64,000 nucleotides of DNA from Octopus sinensis (GCF_006345805.1 NC_043008.1:39680001-39744000); one strand, 5' to 3'. Counted from the stretch's first letter, positions 40,795-55,640 are shown. Made by a program: numbers and translations. Notes: generated by a model from the sequence alone, not told the origin.

Positions 40795-42410
40795 CATATT
40801 TGTATATATATATGTATATATATGAATTATATGTATTATATATATGCATATATATATATATTATCTATGTATATCTATACTCACACAAACCACACACACA
40901 CCCACACACATATATATTATATATGTATATATGAATGTATATATATATATATATCAATATATATATATATATGAATTTTCTAAGCATCCATACACACCCT
41001 CCATAATTACAAACATCACAAGCCAAGGAATGAAAAAATTTAGCAAGTAAATCAGCTTACCAAGACATTTGGGGTAAATCCAGTCATCTATAAGTAATCC
41101 AATCCAAAATGTATAGTAATAATCCCAAAAGTGTTAATCCAGAGATTAAATGGTGTATATCCTGCAACAGAGAAAGTATACATATTGTAGAATAAGCGTA
41201 TATACATAGCTTTGCAAGTATAGACACAAATAAAATAACACCCTCACACACGCTCGCAGTTGTACTCACACACATTCGTAGAGTCATACACACATACACA
41301 GAAACACGCACATCGGTGTATGTGTTTGTATGAGTATTTACATTCATATATCATATGAATGTAACACAACCAATCATACACACAACAGAGACACACAGGC
41401 ACACACACGCATATATATATATATATACATATATATATAACGTTATTTTCACTGCCTACATATATATATATATGTGTTGTGTGTGTGTGTGGTGTGTGTG
41501 TGTGTTGAGTGTGGTGGGTCTGCATGTGTTTATCTATTTTTTAGATACACATATATACACATGTCTGCATATATATGTATGTGTATTTTTTTCTATGTGT
41601 GTGTACAAACATACAAAAATGTGAAGATTAAATTAAGGAATTAAAAAATAGTGAAAGATATACAGGTATACGGAAATGAATAAAGTTTAATTGCTTAGAA
41701 AATGTGATTAAAATCAAATTTATTTAACAAAATATTTGTTGGAATTTCAGAAATAAACAATTAGTTTTCAAAGAGAAATCGATGTAGACGTAACAGAGAC
41801 GACAACAATTGTTGTGCATATTATATAAGTATACATAGTTGTATGTTATATATGTGTGTGTGTGTATGTATATATATTATCTATATACATATATATATAT
41901 ATATATATATAATAATATATATGTTGTGTGGTGTGTGTGTGTGTGTGTGTGTGTATGCATGTATTTGTAACTAACCTTCAAATAAGATCTCCAACACGCA
42001 ACACCCAGCCATGCACACACACACACATATATATATACATATATATATATACATAAACATATACATACAGTCATATATGCCCACAGAATACACATATACA
42101 CCTATAACTTCACACACACACTTATGCATACATACAAATATTTTCACTTTACAACTTATACGGAACTTTATATTATTATCAACAAGAAAGCTACTATACA
42201 TTATTTATCATTTATTCTTATACTTACAGAATAAATATATTAAAGGCTATTCACATTTGTAACTAATCTTCAAATAAGATCGCACACAAACACACCCACC
42301 CACATACATATATATATAATATTATATACACTTACCATTTATTTATAAATATATACTGAAATATTTTTAATATATAGATGCATATGGTTATATATAATAT
42401 ACATATATAT

Positions 42411-42463
<53 letters not shown>

Positions 42464-42497
42464 CAATGTAAGTATATATATAGACATACATAGATTG

Positions 42498-42535
<38 letters not shown>

Positions 42536-42593
42536 GTATATATATATTTAAATAGTGAATGACTTATTCTATGTTTAATCGTCAGCATGGAAA

Positions 42594-42693
42594 NNNNNNN
42601 NNNNNNNNNNNNNNNNNNNNNNNNNNNNNNNNNNNNNNNNNNNNNNNNNNNNNNNNNNNNNNNNNNNNNNNNNNNNNNNNNNNNNNNNNNNNN
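42594..42693. other. Assembly gap (100 N)
   Basis: Direct reading; 100 N usually marks a gap of unknown size. Confidence 0.99.
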
Positions 42694-43047
42694 GTGCTGG
42701 GGCAGCGTCATTAGTCAAACAAATCGACTCCAGGTTTTATTCTTTGTAAGCGTAGTATTATCCTACCAGTATCTTTAGCCGAACCGGTAGTTCTGGACGT
42801 AAATATACCGACGTCACTTGTCAAGCGATGGTTGGGAGGGGTGGCAGACACAGACACACAAATACACATACACACACACACAGACATATATATACTTTTC
42901 CTTTTCTTCCATTTTCCTTCTACCAAGCCACTCACAATGCTTTGGTCGGCCCGAGGGTATAGTAGAAAACACTCTCGCAAGTTGGCGCGCAGTAGATTGA
43001 ACCCGAAACCATGTGGTTGAGAAGCAAGCTTCTCACTACACAGCCAC
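42694..43047 (-). mobile_element. SINE family A, 3' end lost in the gap
   Basis: GCTTTGGTCGGCCCGAGG...CCATGTGGTTG...CACAGCCAC. Confidence 0.8.
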
Positions 43048-45262
43048 ATACACACATCTTGGTAGAATAAAATCGATTTAGCATTCGGTTTAAATTATTA
43101 TTTCATTCATAATTACACCAGAATGGTTGCGTGTTTTTTATTGTTTTGCGTTATTGAGTTATAATTATATTAATTCTATTTATGAAAGCTTACCTCTTTT
43201 AAAGAATTAAGTTCTCATATATTTTATACCACTAAAAATCATTGCAGACTAACCCGATAAACAAAAAAGGAAAAAATTAGCAATACATTATTCAGGAAAT
43301 TAAAAATATTGTGAGGATATCATAACCTAAAATGAGTGACTAATTATACAATGTTGAACATATATTAGCATTTTAAAGAATCAAGTGCATGAATATCTTT
43401 TAAATTAAGTACATGCTTCATACATAGACGCAAATTCCTAAAATAAAATTTGAAAGAATTATTTTCATAAATTTCCATTTAACCCAATAATGTACGGTGT
43501 CTTGTATATGAGTAAAACGATATCAGAACTGATATTTATTGGGTTATTAGCATAATGTTGGTGAATTCATAATGTCTTCCTTCTCAGTGCTTAAACAGTT
43601 ATATCTTAAATTGCCAATTTCCTTCGGTTGTAATAGAACAATGATAAATACGGTTATGTTTGTGTAACGAAAAAAAACCTAAAAAAATACAACATATGTA
43701 GCATGAGTGAAATTTAAGAGAAATTAATAAGTTTACAGATGCGAATGGAAGCCATGGAAATAATTCCTCTTAGATGGTACATTACAAGCTCAAGCTAACG
43801 ACTGAGACACTGTGTGCAGAAATGAAAACTATGTCCATATGAATGCGACATATGTCATTTTTTTCTTCGCCATGAAATGTTGCTGCAAGGGTGTTAGTAT
43901 CTGAAATTATATGTAGTTTCATTGTACATATTAAACCGACAGTCTATATATGTAGATATGTATTTGTGTACGTATGTATGTACGTATGTATGTTTGTATG
44001 TATGTTTGTATTTATGTATGTATGTATCTATCTATATGTTTGTCTGTCTATCTGATTATTTCTCAGTTTTCTGTCTGTTTGTATGTATAACTTATTATAG
44101 ATGTACTATTTACCATATCTCTAAGAAGCTATAAATATACGTTACATATGCATATTTCAAAAACACACGTACCATGTACATCCATAGACACAAGTATGTA
44201 TGCAGAAATATATATATTAATACATACACATATATGTATATATACATACAAATATATATATATGTATATATATATTTCTTATATAGATACAGGTATATAT
44301 GTATGTATATATTTATATATATATATATATATATATGTTATATATATATGATATTATATATATATCATTATATATATATATATAAATATTAAATATAAAT
44401 GTATATATAATACACACATGTACATATATATATGCATAGTATGTATGTTTATAGAATATATGTATATACATATAAAAGTTGTATATGTGTCTTTGTATAT
44501 AATTAGATATAATACAATATAATCTGCACAACAGTTGTCTGGCGCCATAGCTGTACACCAATCGATTTACACGGCTTTGATTAGTGGTTTTGTGAAAAAT
44601 ATAATCAATATATTTGGCTATGGAGATAGAAGAGTAGTCTGTACATGTAATATCCTTCTTACTATTTACTGATATTATATATATATATATTCTTACTATA
44701 TTATAATATATATTATATATATTATATATATATATAGATATATATTATATATATATGTTTAGGTTTTCCACACTTTTCCCACGCCTTTGATTATGTCCCT
44801 CATCTACTATTGAATATTTCTTCCTTCCTGAAATATTTCTCTTAATATGTGCTTCGTATTCTTTCCATATTGATTTAAAAACCATTATAAATAATAATAA
44901 TAATACACATATATATCATAGAATCCAAGGGAAGAATATGGCGGGAAATTCAGCGTTTGTGGGATTTGAAATAGGAATATAAAGCAAAGTAAGAAAGTAT
45001 CACATAACTTTGTAGTCGGTGGGTTACCGATTCAGCCAAAGATTCGTGTATGATTCAATATTAAAACACTAAATGCGTGAAAACAATTGAGTGAATAATT
45101 AATGAAAACATCTTTATTATACACTCGTCTCGGATAAAGGAGGCAAACATTTCTTAAATCACTTTCAGATACGTCTCTGACGGATTAGTCAAGTGTCTTC
45201 AAAGCTGAACTCTTGTAGATCACAACCGTAGAAGTGGTCCAATTCTGCATAAAAAATATACA

Positions 45263-45304
<42 letters not shown>

Positions 45305-46543
45305 GGAGACAGAGGGAGATAGATAAATAAATAGATAGCCATAAGCGTCTGTGTGCATGCCTACATGTATGTATTAAGACACACACACAGAATATGCACA
45401 CATATATGTGTACATATAGGCACCAAATAAGAACTGAGAGATGGTGACAGGTTCACCATTACCATCTCTCGAGCTTACTGAATCTTCTCGTCATCGTGGA
45501 GGTCGATGGGCGTCTTGGTCACTGTTCGTGCACCACACTTGTCGGATCAATTATATTTGTTCTTCCTCGGTGCACATTGCTAGTGAAGCGCCCATACTTA
45601 CAGTGTAAAGCCAGAAATGAAAAAAAATTTTTAAAAAGGGTTATAACTCGATCAGGTTCAAACTTCGACACTTGACCACAATAGTACCAATTATAAGCAC
45701 GTATGCACAAAAGGCAATGTGACAATGATAAAAAATCTTACTGCGAAATTGTTGATAACTTTTGACTTGCCCTCGTATATATACGAGGCACACACACAGA
45801 AGCACATACATACGAGTGTTCGTGCGTATTTATTTGTGTCAAATGTGAGTCTATATGTTTAGATATAATCTGTATCTATGTGTTGATATTCTTACTGGTT
45901 TAAATTGCTAATTTGCTACGAAAACGATCAATAAATATAAATGGCTATAACATGCACTGATATAGATATAATATAAATGTACAGATTCACTTGAACACTG
46001 TGCCAAAGCATGGTAGCTCCCTTATAACTGAAAGAAGTAAAAAAATTAATAAATTCGCTACTGCCAACATAACGAGGTGCAGTCTCTGATGGGTAGCCAT
46101 TGAACATATGCTTTCTCAAACATGTTTGCATATGTTAAGCGAAAACAACGGAAATATGCTTAACTATACACATTTTATTATTCTCTTTATTATTGTATTC
46201 CATTATTCAATAACCACGCTTTTATTTATCTGTTTTCCAGTGTGTCTTTAACACCCATTTCCGGTTGACTATATAAAACTAATATTCTGAATTATCTATT
46301 TTCATATAATTCATTCTGTTTATATTCGCTTTACTGTGTCTTTCATTTGCAGGCATTGTCTATTGTGATTTGTCTTATGGCTATGTTATTCATTGAGGCA
46401 ACGTTGTTTTTCTTCAGTTATTCCATGTGTGTAATGTATAAATATGTTTGTGGTGTGTGTTTGTATGTGCGTATGAGTATATGCGTGAGTGTGTGCGGCA
46501 CGCATGCGAGTATACACACACACACACACACATATATATATAT

Positions 46544-46574
<31 letters not shown>

Positions 46575-46784
46575 AGATATGTATACACATACACACGCAC
46601 GTATATCTATATATATTATGTGTGTGTGTGTGTGTGGCGTGTGTGTGTATATATACATAAACATATATCTATATATCTGTATGATATATATATGTTTGTA
46701 TGAATATATAAACTTATAGGTATATATACGTATACATATTTACAGCCATACAGATATAGACACATATATTTGTACACATAATTG

Positions 46785-46819
<35 letters not shown>

Positions 46820-47948
46820 TGTATGTGTGTGTGTGGTGTGTGGTGTGTGTGTTTGAGTGAGTAGAGTGGCTGCAGGTATTCACTCCTGTTTTCTGCGTTC
46901 AGATTTCAACTATTACCGAAGCTTATGCATTATCTTCATCCATTTAGGTCCAAGTGGAATCAAATCCACATTATCTTCTCTGTTCCTCTTCGTTTTTATT
47001 TTCGCTTGTTTGGTAACAATCAGGAGGGATGAGATGTGAAGTGAAATGCATTCTAATGGGTCTTTAGATATCGAAGTTTTGCTATATGTGACAAGGCTCC
47101 AAATCGAGCATAATATATGTGTGTGTGTTTGTTCGTGTATCTGTGTGCCTGTGTATGTGTGCGTGTGTGCGTATGTGCATGCGTGTGTCTGTGACAGTAT
47201 GTGTATCGAGTATGTTTATATGTATGAATATACATTATATTCAATAGATATTCCTAGATTATTAGCATTTGCTACTGAGTGTCACAAAACTGATAATACA
47301 AATTTCCTGAATATACAGCTGAAAATTTGATTTACAAAAAACGATTTGAATTTAGAAAGGAAAAGATAAATACAAAATTGAACCAAATCAGCTCGCTGCA
47401 ACTTACGTTGCTGACGAAAGTGACCGTGTGCATACTTAGAAAGATTAGTTTAGCATTTTATGTTTGTAAATCATAAACAGTATATTTATAGCAACTATAC
47501 AAATCGAAGCACAGATATATCGTCAATTGTACGAAAGGAATGACGCTTAAAAATAACAACTCTGTAGCGTGAAACAAGGGGAGATAACTTCGGAAAAGAT
47601 AAACAAGGGAGACAACGGTTAAAGATATACATAGAGTAATATCCGTCTACACATACTATATGTGTTTTACGTCCATATCTCTTTTCTTCTTCCAGTAAAT
47701 TCATCCATACGCATATACATATACAGACACACATCCATATATATACGTGTGTGTGTGTGTGTGTGTGTGCAAACAGAAACACTCACACACAAGCACACGC
47801 ACGCACCTGTGAACCTAAAAAAAACTAAGATAATACAAGGCTACACAATATTAATATTTTCATTAGTGTCTTCATTGAAGCCAATTTACTTGTTAAAATT
47901 CTATGCAATATCGACATAAGCAAACTGATACAACCATACATACACAAC

Positions 47949-48026
<78 letters not shown>

Positions 48027-48271
48027 GTATATATATGCGGTGTATGTGAATACATTATAATCTATATAACCATGACAACTTTGATACAATATCTCAGTTG
48101 CGTATTTTAATCAACCTAAAGATAGACGAATAATAACAATTTTATTATTTTATCATACCTGGTTTAAATTTTTTGAAGTCAAAATGGCTATATACTTAAT
48201 ATAATGGAGTAGAAAGTGGTGTTATCTCCATCATCATCTTCATTATCATCATCATTATTATCATCATCATG

Positions 48272-48347
<76 letters not shown>

Positions 48348-50874
48348 TCCTTCTTTTTCTTCTTATTTATTATTATTAATTCTCAATTTTCCATCCTTGG
48401 AAATTTAACTGGTGAATGTCTACCAAGTATGTGATGAATTACTGGAAATTATATGCAGCGTTAGGATATCTGTTCAATTGTTGATCATCACCTAGTTAGC
48501 TTGTCCACTTTCATTATCTTTTATTACTTGTAATCTTGTCTACATCCTAATTTGTCTCACACACACACGCTCGCAATCTGGTCACCCATACACGCACCCA
48601 TATACAACACAACACTTACACTAACCTGAATTTTGTGTAACGCTATGACAAGTAGCTGAAATATTCGAAATGGTAGGTATTTACGATATTTGTGGAGAAT
48701 GGGTGAGTAGCCTATGAACAATGAGAAAAAATTTCTTCTAGGAATTCGAAAAGTATCAAGTAAAATCTCGAATTCTCAATTAATCTTGAATTAAAAAATA
48801 CTTTAAGTTATCTATTTTACAAATATATAAGACAGACTCATATACAAAACGAAGGGGTAAGCTGGGTGTTCACTAAACAATGCAAACAGGAATTAACAAC
48901 GAGTAACCCAAAGGATCTTGCAGATATACGCGCTACAAGGAACACTGGAACTCTAACGAACTTGAATTTCCATAAGGTTGACTGGAAATAAATTCAAACA
49001 GCTATTTACTGACAGAATTGCCCTGGAGATCGGTGTATGCAAGACAATGACATGAAACAGAAATCGTTTAAATTTACACATTTCCACTTTAAAATTGACA
49101 GTCTTATAAATCGAGAATAAAATAAAACTCGTTCATGAAAGGCCGGGAACTGAAAGGGAAACCAGGATTGTAGAAAACATAAAAAGGAATACTAGAATTT
49201 TCTATAAATTCTAAAATGAATCAACTTCATTGCCTCATAAAATAGGACCATTGTTTTAATGAAATTGATCACTAACTGGAAACCCCAAAGGAAAATTGAA
49301 ATGCTGAATGAACAAATGAAAATTAGTTTCAATCCCCTGATAGAACACAGGCAAACAAATAAACCAGAAGAGTCCTTTAGCCTTGCATTTCTACACATGC
49401 TAGCTACAAGCATCGATTCCACCGACATAGATGAAAATGTCATGCCAGCCGTAGATGGTATAAGCATACCGTAACAACTTAACACTAATGGGTGTCAACA
49501 GTTTTCTTGAAACATTCATTGCAGCAAATATCTTGAGTGCATTGCTAAAGCTTCTTTGAAAAATCCGCGCTAAACAAAATACAGAGAGAAGGAAAAATAT
49601 GGTGAGTCAATAAAAGTGTAAGTAGAAAAATGCCATAAATATGGTTCCTATTAATTTGATTTCACCTATTAGACAAGTCATCTGTTGAATTACCACCTGT
49701 AAACTGGTAATGTCTTTAGAAGGATTTAAAAGCAGACAATAAATACAGTTTTCGTTTTGGTAGAATCTATCTAACGTTCTCTATAAATTAGTATAACTGA
49801 AAGCTAAAAGAAATGTTGAGACAGTCCAATGTAGAATTTCTGAAAGACTTGATAGGTTAACATGTTCTAACACTACATGATTTCATAATCTATTCCTCAT
49901 TAACAACGTCGGTATATAAAATTATTTCTCTTCTATTGAGTAATATTTAGCGTCATTGTTAATCTAGAGCCTGTTGAATAATCTTCAGTGTTTTCTAAAT
50001 AAATGCACGCCAACTAGTACTCAAATTTCATTGGGTAAATAGTCATGCTTTAAATGTTCGTACATTCGGCCAACGATGTTTTGATATTGATATAAAAAAG
50101 ACAAATTTGAGCAACACATCGACAGTGAAAACACGTTCTTACAATAAAATTATACCTATAAAAGTGTATTTACAGTTTGAGATGCAAAGTGTTTTGCTAG
50201 ATTTTTCGTCACTGATGACAAACATTCATACACACACGTACACACACACACACGTATATGTTTATGCATGGATCATAGTGTTGTCGCTGGTGTAAAAACC
50301 TAGCGTGTGCTATTTGTTCTGATTCACTGCGTTTTGAGATGCCATCCAACCGATGCTAATACATCAGCTGCTATTTTGCAGGCTTCATAAAAGCGAATCA
50401 ATGGAACCAATAACTGTTAGACCATTTGACTGTGCATGTGTGTGAGTGTGTGCGTGACCATATGTATGAGCATTTGACGTAAAACCATTAAGCATTGTAT
50501 CTGGTGTTCTAAGAGTACTGCATTCCACGGTCTCTCACGGGACGAAATAATTATGACTAAACATCCAAAGACACATGTTCGCTATTCCATACCTAATAAC
50601 TGGAGATTCCAGTAATTTTCTCCACATCTCAATTCCCATATTCCATCGTCATGGTTCTCAAAACCTGATTTCGAATATGTTTTGTTGTGATAACTTAATT
50701 TCATTACAACTTGATCCCAGCCGTGTTTTATTCTAATGATTGTAATAACTCATCTTTAGCATGGTAACACTAAGAAAACAGTATACATACAAATGAAGAT
50801 TCGTAAATTACACTTTTTAACACTTGGAAGTTGGCTATTTTTTATGAATAGATAATATCATTCGTGCATTTTCT

Positions 50875-51478
50875 CATTTCTTTATTGCTCACAAGAGGCT
50901 AAACATAGAGGGGACAAACAAGGACAAAAAAGGGGACAAACAAGGACAAAAAAGGGATTAAAGCGACCCCACTGCGTAACATGTACTTTATTTATTGACC
51001 CTGAACAAGGTTGAAAGGAAAAGTCGACCTCGGCGCAATTTGAACTCAGAACGTAACCGCAGATAAAATACCTATTTCTTTACTACCGACAATGGGCTAA
51101 ACACAGAGAGGACAAACAAGGACAGACAAACGGATTAAGTCGATTATATCGATCCCAGTCCGTAAATGGTCCTTAATTTTTCGACCCCGAATGGATTAAA
51201 GGCAAAGTCCACGTCGGCGGAATTTGAAGTCAGAACGTAGCCGCAGATGAAATACCTATTTCTTTACTACCCACAAGGGGCTAAACACAAAGGGGACAAA
51301 CAAGGACAGACAAACGGATTAAGACGGTTATATATAAGTGCGTAACTAGTACTTTATTTACCGTCCCCGAAAAAGTTAAAAAGCAAAGTCGACCTCGGCG
51401 GAATTGGAAACGTAACGGCAGACGAAATACCGCTAAGCATTTCGCCCGGCGCGCTAACGTTTCTGTCAGCTTGCCGCC
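50875..51478 (-). mobile_element. Trimeric family-C-related SINE with an 18-bp target-site duplication
   Basis: Units start at 50876, 51074 and 51258; a single head ends at 51478. TSD ATCATTCGTGCATTTTCT at 50857-50874 and 51479-51496. Confidence 0.9.
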
Positions 51479-52369
51479 ATCATTCGTGCATTTTCTGCCT
51501 TGTTTTCATATAACTTTTATTCATTAAACTTAGTTGCAGGGTAACAGAACTGCTAAAGGAATGTAGAGCAAAACGCTGAACCTTTTAAAAATTTCAAATG
51601 TATTATAGACAGAATAGTCAGCATAAAAGTTCGAAATAAAATAAATGAATGAATAAAATACTTGGTGAGACTAAAGTTATCAATATCACTGAAGGTTAAA
51701 TAATAATCAATAGGAACAACAAGAAAACATTGTAACGGAGACCAAGAACAGAAAGGCAAAGACCATCAAGATCACGAACTCTTAGACAGACTAATAACAA
51801 CAAAAGCAATTGCTGCTCTGCCTTCCTGCTCAGAACAACAAATTTAACAATAACAAAATCAATAATATACACAAACACACTCAAAGAAAAAATAATATTA
51901 TGAAGCTTTGAAAAATGATGGAATCGCAGCATCCAAATAAACATTAAAAAAATGTGGGAAAACAAACAGAAAAAGTAGGATCTCATTTGTCTCAATCCAT
52001 AAACCAAGACGATTCGTAAAAAAAAAAAAAAAAAAAAAAGGTAACCAAATTGCATTTTGTATAAAGGTCTCATAATTAGTCTCTACAATCTTGAATCAAA
52101 TGTAATAATAAAGAAAATACACGATTGATGTTCAACAGAACCTAAATTTAAATAATACAAAGGAAGAAGGGGCAGCTAAAAAAATGAACAATCACGAAAT
52201 AGTACAATAATAACGAAATCAAATGACAGAAAATATAAAAACAATACTAATGTTAACAACCCAAATATGGGAGAAAAAACAAACGAATTTAGCGCTTTCT
52301 CTCAAGTGTATAAGTGTGTGTAAGTGCGTGTGTGTGTGTGTACCTTTCTATACCTGTATATATATATAA

Positions 52370-52413
<44 letters not shown>

Positions 52414-52485
52414 CCATGTTGATTCGTTAGCTACTGCACGCATTTTTTTCTCTCCTTCTTTCTGTGTTTTTCTCTCTCTGTGTAT

Positions 52486-52523
52486 CTTTCTGTTGAAGAG
52501 CGTAGGCTCGAAACGTTAAAGAC
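52486..52523 (+). ncRNA. Hammerhead-like motif with a variant core (CUGUUGA)
   Basis: TCTTT|CTGTTGA-A-GAGC(GTAG)GCTC-GAAAC-G-T-T|AAAGA. Stems I and II are perfect; conserved core position A6 is U. Confidence 0.5.
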
Positions 52524-52619
52524 TTCTTTTATTTATATTTCCTGAGCGCCATACTAATACAATTGTTCGTTTGTTTTCCACCTGCCTTCGTCTTTTGTTT
52601 ATTTTCATAAAGCTTCCCG

Positions 52620-52666
<47 letters not shown>

Positions 52667-53008
52667 AAACATAAAGATGAATGTAATATATATATAATAT
52701 ATACAAATGTTTATATATACATATCTATATACCTATAAATCTATATGACTTTCTTTCTCTCTTTCCCTCTCTCTCTCACTCTCTCTCTACACACACGCAT
52801 ATAGACATATATACATTCATATTCATATAATGTCAAACGGCATATATATATATGTATGTGTGTGTGTGTGTGTGTATGCATGTATGTATGTACACATACA
52901 CACAAACACCTCCGAAGCCACAAGAAATTGCAGAAATAAACGATAATAGTTATAGACAAATTATCAAATATCATTTCCTAAACAGGATTATAATTGTTAT
53001 TACACTTC

Positions 53009-53041
<33 letters not shown>

Positions 53042-53083
53042 TGCCAAGTATTATTGCCGTTATTATCCCAATTATTATTGATA

Positions 53084-53145
<62 letters not shown>

Positions 53146-53557
53146 ATTATTATTATTACTATTATTATTATTATTTGATCGCGGAAGTTGGCAATTGAGT
53201 CTGGCATTTCAAGTCTTTAATCGATATGATAGGTTGCTGCTACTAGAGTTTGAGCAACCTATTATAAAATGGCATTCATGTAGACAATGCACTTGACAGA
53301 AACGTCGCCATTTTCAGATTGATCTATTATATCGTGTGTTTTTTTTTTCTGCATTGTTGTTTGTAATTTTTTTTTATATATCGTTTGTTCCTTTATTGGT
53401 TGAGGCTTCGTTTTACGTCTCCAGACTTATTGACACGAACAATTTTGTGAATTAAATTATACACACGTAGAGGCATATATACATGCATACGTGCATGTAT
53501 ATATCTGTATTATATATATATATATATATGTGTGTGGTTTAGTATATATATATATAC

Positions 53558-53634
<77 letters not shown>

Positions 53635-53794
53635 TATGTGTGTGGTGTGTATACGGACGACAACACTCACATACTTTCATACATATGAAGATAATACAAT
53701 ATACCAGTACATATATATTAATATATATATACGTATACATATATACATACACACACACACACACACACACCACATATATATATATATATATATA

Positions 53795-53834
<40 letters not shown>

Positions 53835-54323
53835 ACATGGATACACACTCATACAACACACACGCAGATACTTACACCCACACACACACATATATATATA
53901 AGGATTTTAAAGGGATATTTAGATATCACAGTACATATATCCCTAACTGGTTTAAGTTTCTATGAGATTAGCTTGTTAGCTGGATTGCTCTTCACTTCTT
54001 TCTTTATCTGTTTTTGGCCGTCTTTTACAAAATATAACTACTACAGACACAAGCTATTTTTGTAGCTTACAGAATGTTTAATATTTACATTTCTACATAC
54101 ATAAAAAAGTGTATTCTTAAATGATCATGGTAATCATATAGTTAGATTTCTTACCCAAATCTATATTCTACTTACTTGCTAACCAGCACCGACGGCATAA
54201 CGGCTCTTGATCCTTACGATGAATTCGAGAAGTTTGAATCTTATTCCCTGTAACGTTTCCGTTATAGATATTATATGCGTGTGTGTGTGTGTGTGCGTGT
54301 GCATGTTTGTGTGTGTGTGTGTT

Positions 54324-55110
54324 CAGTGCCGTGCAAATGTCTTCGGCCGGTTTAAGCTATAATAAACTTCTATTAATTGCTAACTTTTAAGTGGATGTTT
54401 CGCGATGTTGGAGTCATTTCCATACCACATTATTATATTTTGTAGCAGGAGTTCTAAAAGAAAAAGGATGAAGCGAACGACCAACAAAAATGGCCGTGCA
54501 AACGTTTTCGGCCACCTTACATAAACCAATCAAGATATAGTATTTTAAAAGAGAAAAATGTATATAATGAAAATTTATTACATAATGTTCACTTTAAGAA
54601 GTTACAGTACACTGTTAATATTTCGTATGGCCTCCTTTAGTTTGAATAATTGCTGCAAGATGCCTGGGAACAGATGCGTAGAAATCCTTCACAATCTTCA
54701 CAGGTATGAGATCTCATTATCTGTGGCTGAGCTCCGACGATTTTTCTGATGAACTCTTCTCTTCTTTCCACATTTGGTCGATGATATTTAAGTCAGGGCT
54801 CTGAGCTGGCCAATCTTACAATAGGGTAATACCTTCATCATCTAATCGCTGCTGTGATGCACGCAACCTGTGGGATGCAGCTCCATCAAGCTGAAAAATC
54901 CCACCTTCATCCAAGTCTGCTATCAAATTGTTCTTCAGCAACTGGATGTATTTGGCACTATTCAAGTTACCATCGATTTTAGCCAACTTTCTTGAACCGT
55001 AATTTTTTATGGATCTCCAAAGCACTCCTATACTACGTTGCTTTTATCGTGTAACTTGGGTCTTTTCACTTTCTAATAACTGAGAATTTGTCAGAAGGCC
55101 TCTAGGAAAG
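54324..55110 (-). mobile_element. Tc1-family transposon 3' half, disrupted, with an IR/DR-type terminus
   Basis: Minus strand gives FQLDGAASH...*DWPAQSPDLNIID...KGGHTKY* (stop at 54615), with 35 positions between the 2nd D and the E position. Terminus CAGTGCCGTGCAAA at 54324; inner repeat at 54493. Confidence 0.8.
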
Positions 55111-55370
55111 CGACGTATGTGTGTAAGTATAGATGTGAGTATGTATATCAGTTATTGTTCAGTTTTATTTAAAGATGTCTTGCCAATAGAGAAAGAGCCG
55201 ACTCATAACTGAGATCCAAAGCTCCTTCATTGGACATTCGACATCAACAACAGGGCATTTTATACGTATGTATGTATGTATGTATGTATGTATGTATGTA
55301 TGATGTATGTATGTATATGTTTTGCTTTTTTTTATGTATCTGATGAATATACTTGCATATCTTGACATGC

Positions 55371-55640
55371 TCATATATATATGATAAACTTCTGGAAAGT
55401 TTTACAGATGTTTACCGTTCCAGTGATGGAGTGGATCTGTAGTCTTCGAATTAGCTTTCTCCTTTCTGATTTTTGTGAAGCCTTTTTCTCAAGATTGGTA
55501 TTTAGCAAGTGTGTTACATATTCCAGGGCCCCAGCAATTATAGTTAAAAACCTGAACTCGTCATCTGGATAGAGTAACTACAGATTTCTCAATAGATCAT
55601 CATAGGTGTTTTCTTTTTCACTGATCTTAAGCTTTATTTA
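55371..55640 (-). mobile_element. C-terminal fragment of a restriction-like-endonuclease non-LTR retrotransposon (different lineage from 19201-21207)
   Basis: KISEKENTYDDLLRNL*LLYPDDEFRFLTIIAGALEYV resembles the K..KY..L and IxxGAL motifs of RLE C-termini. Confidence 0.55.

Noticed and set aside
42594-42693. ORFs spanning the N gap
   Set aside because: Artefact of unknown bases.
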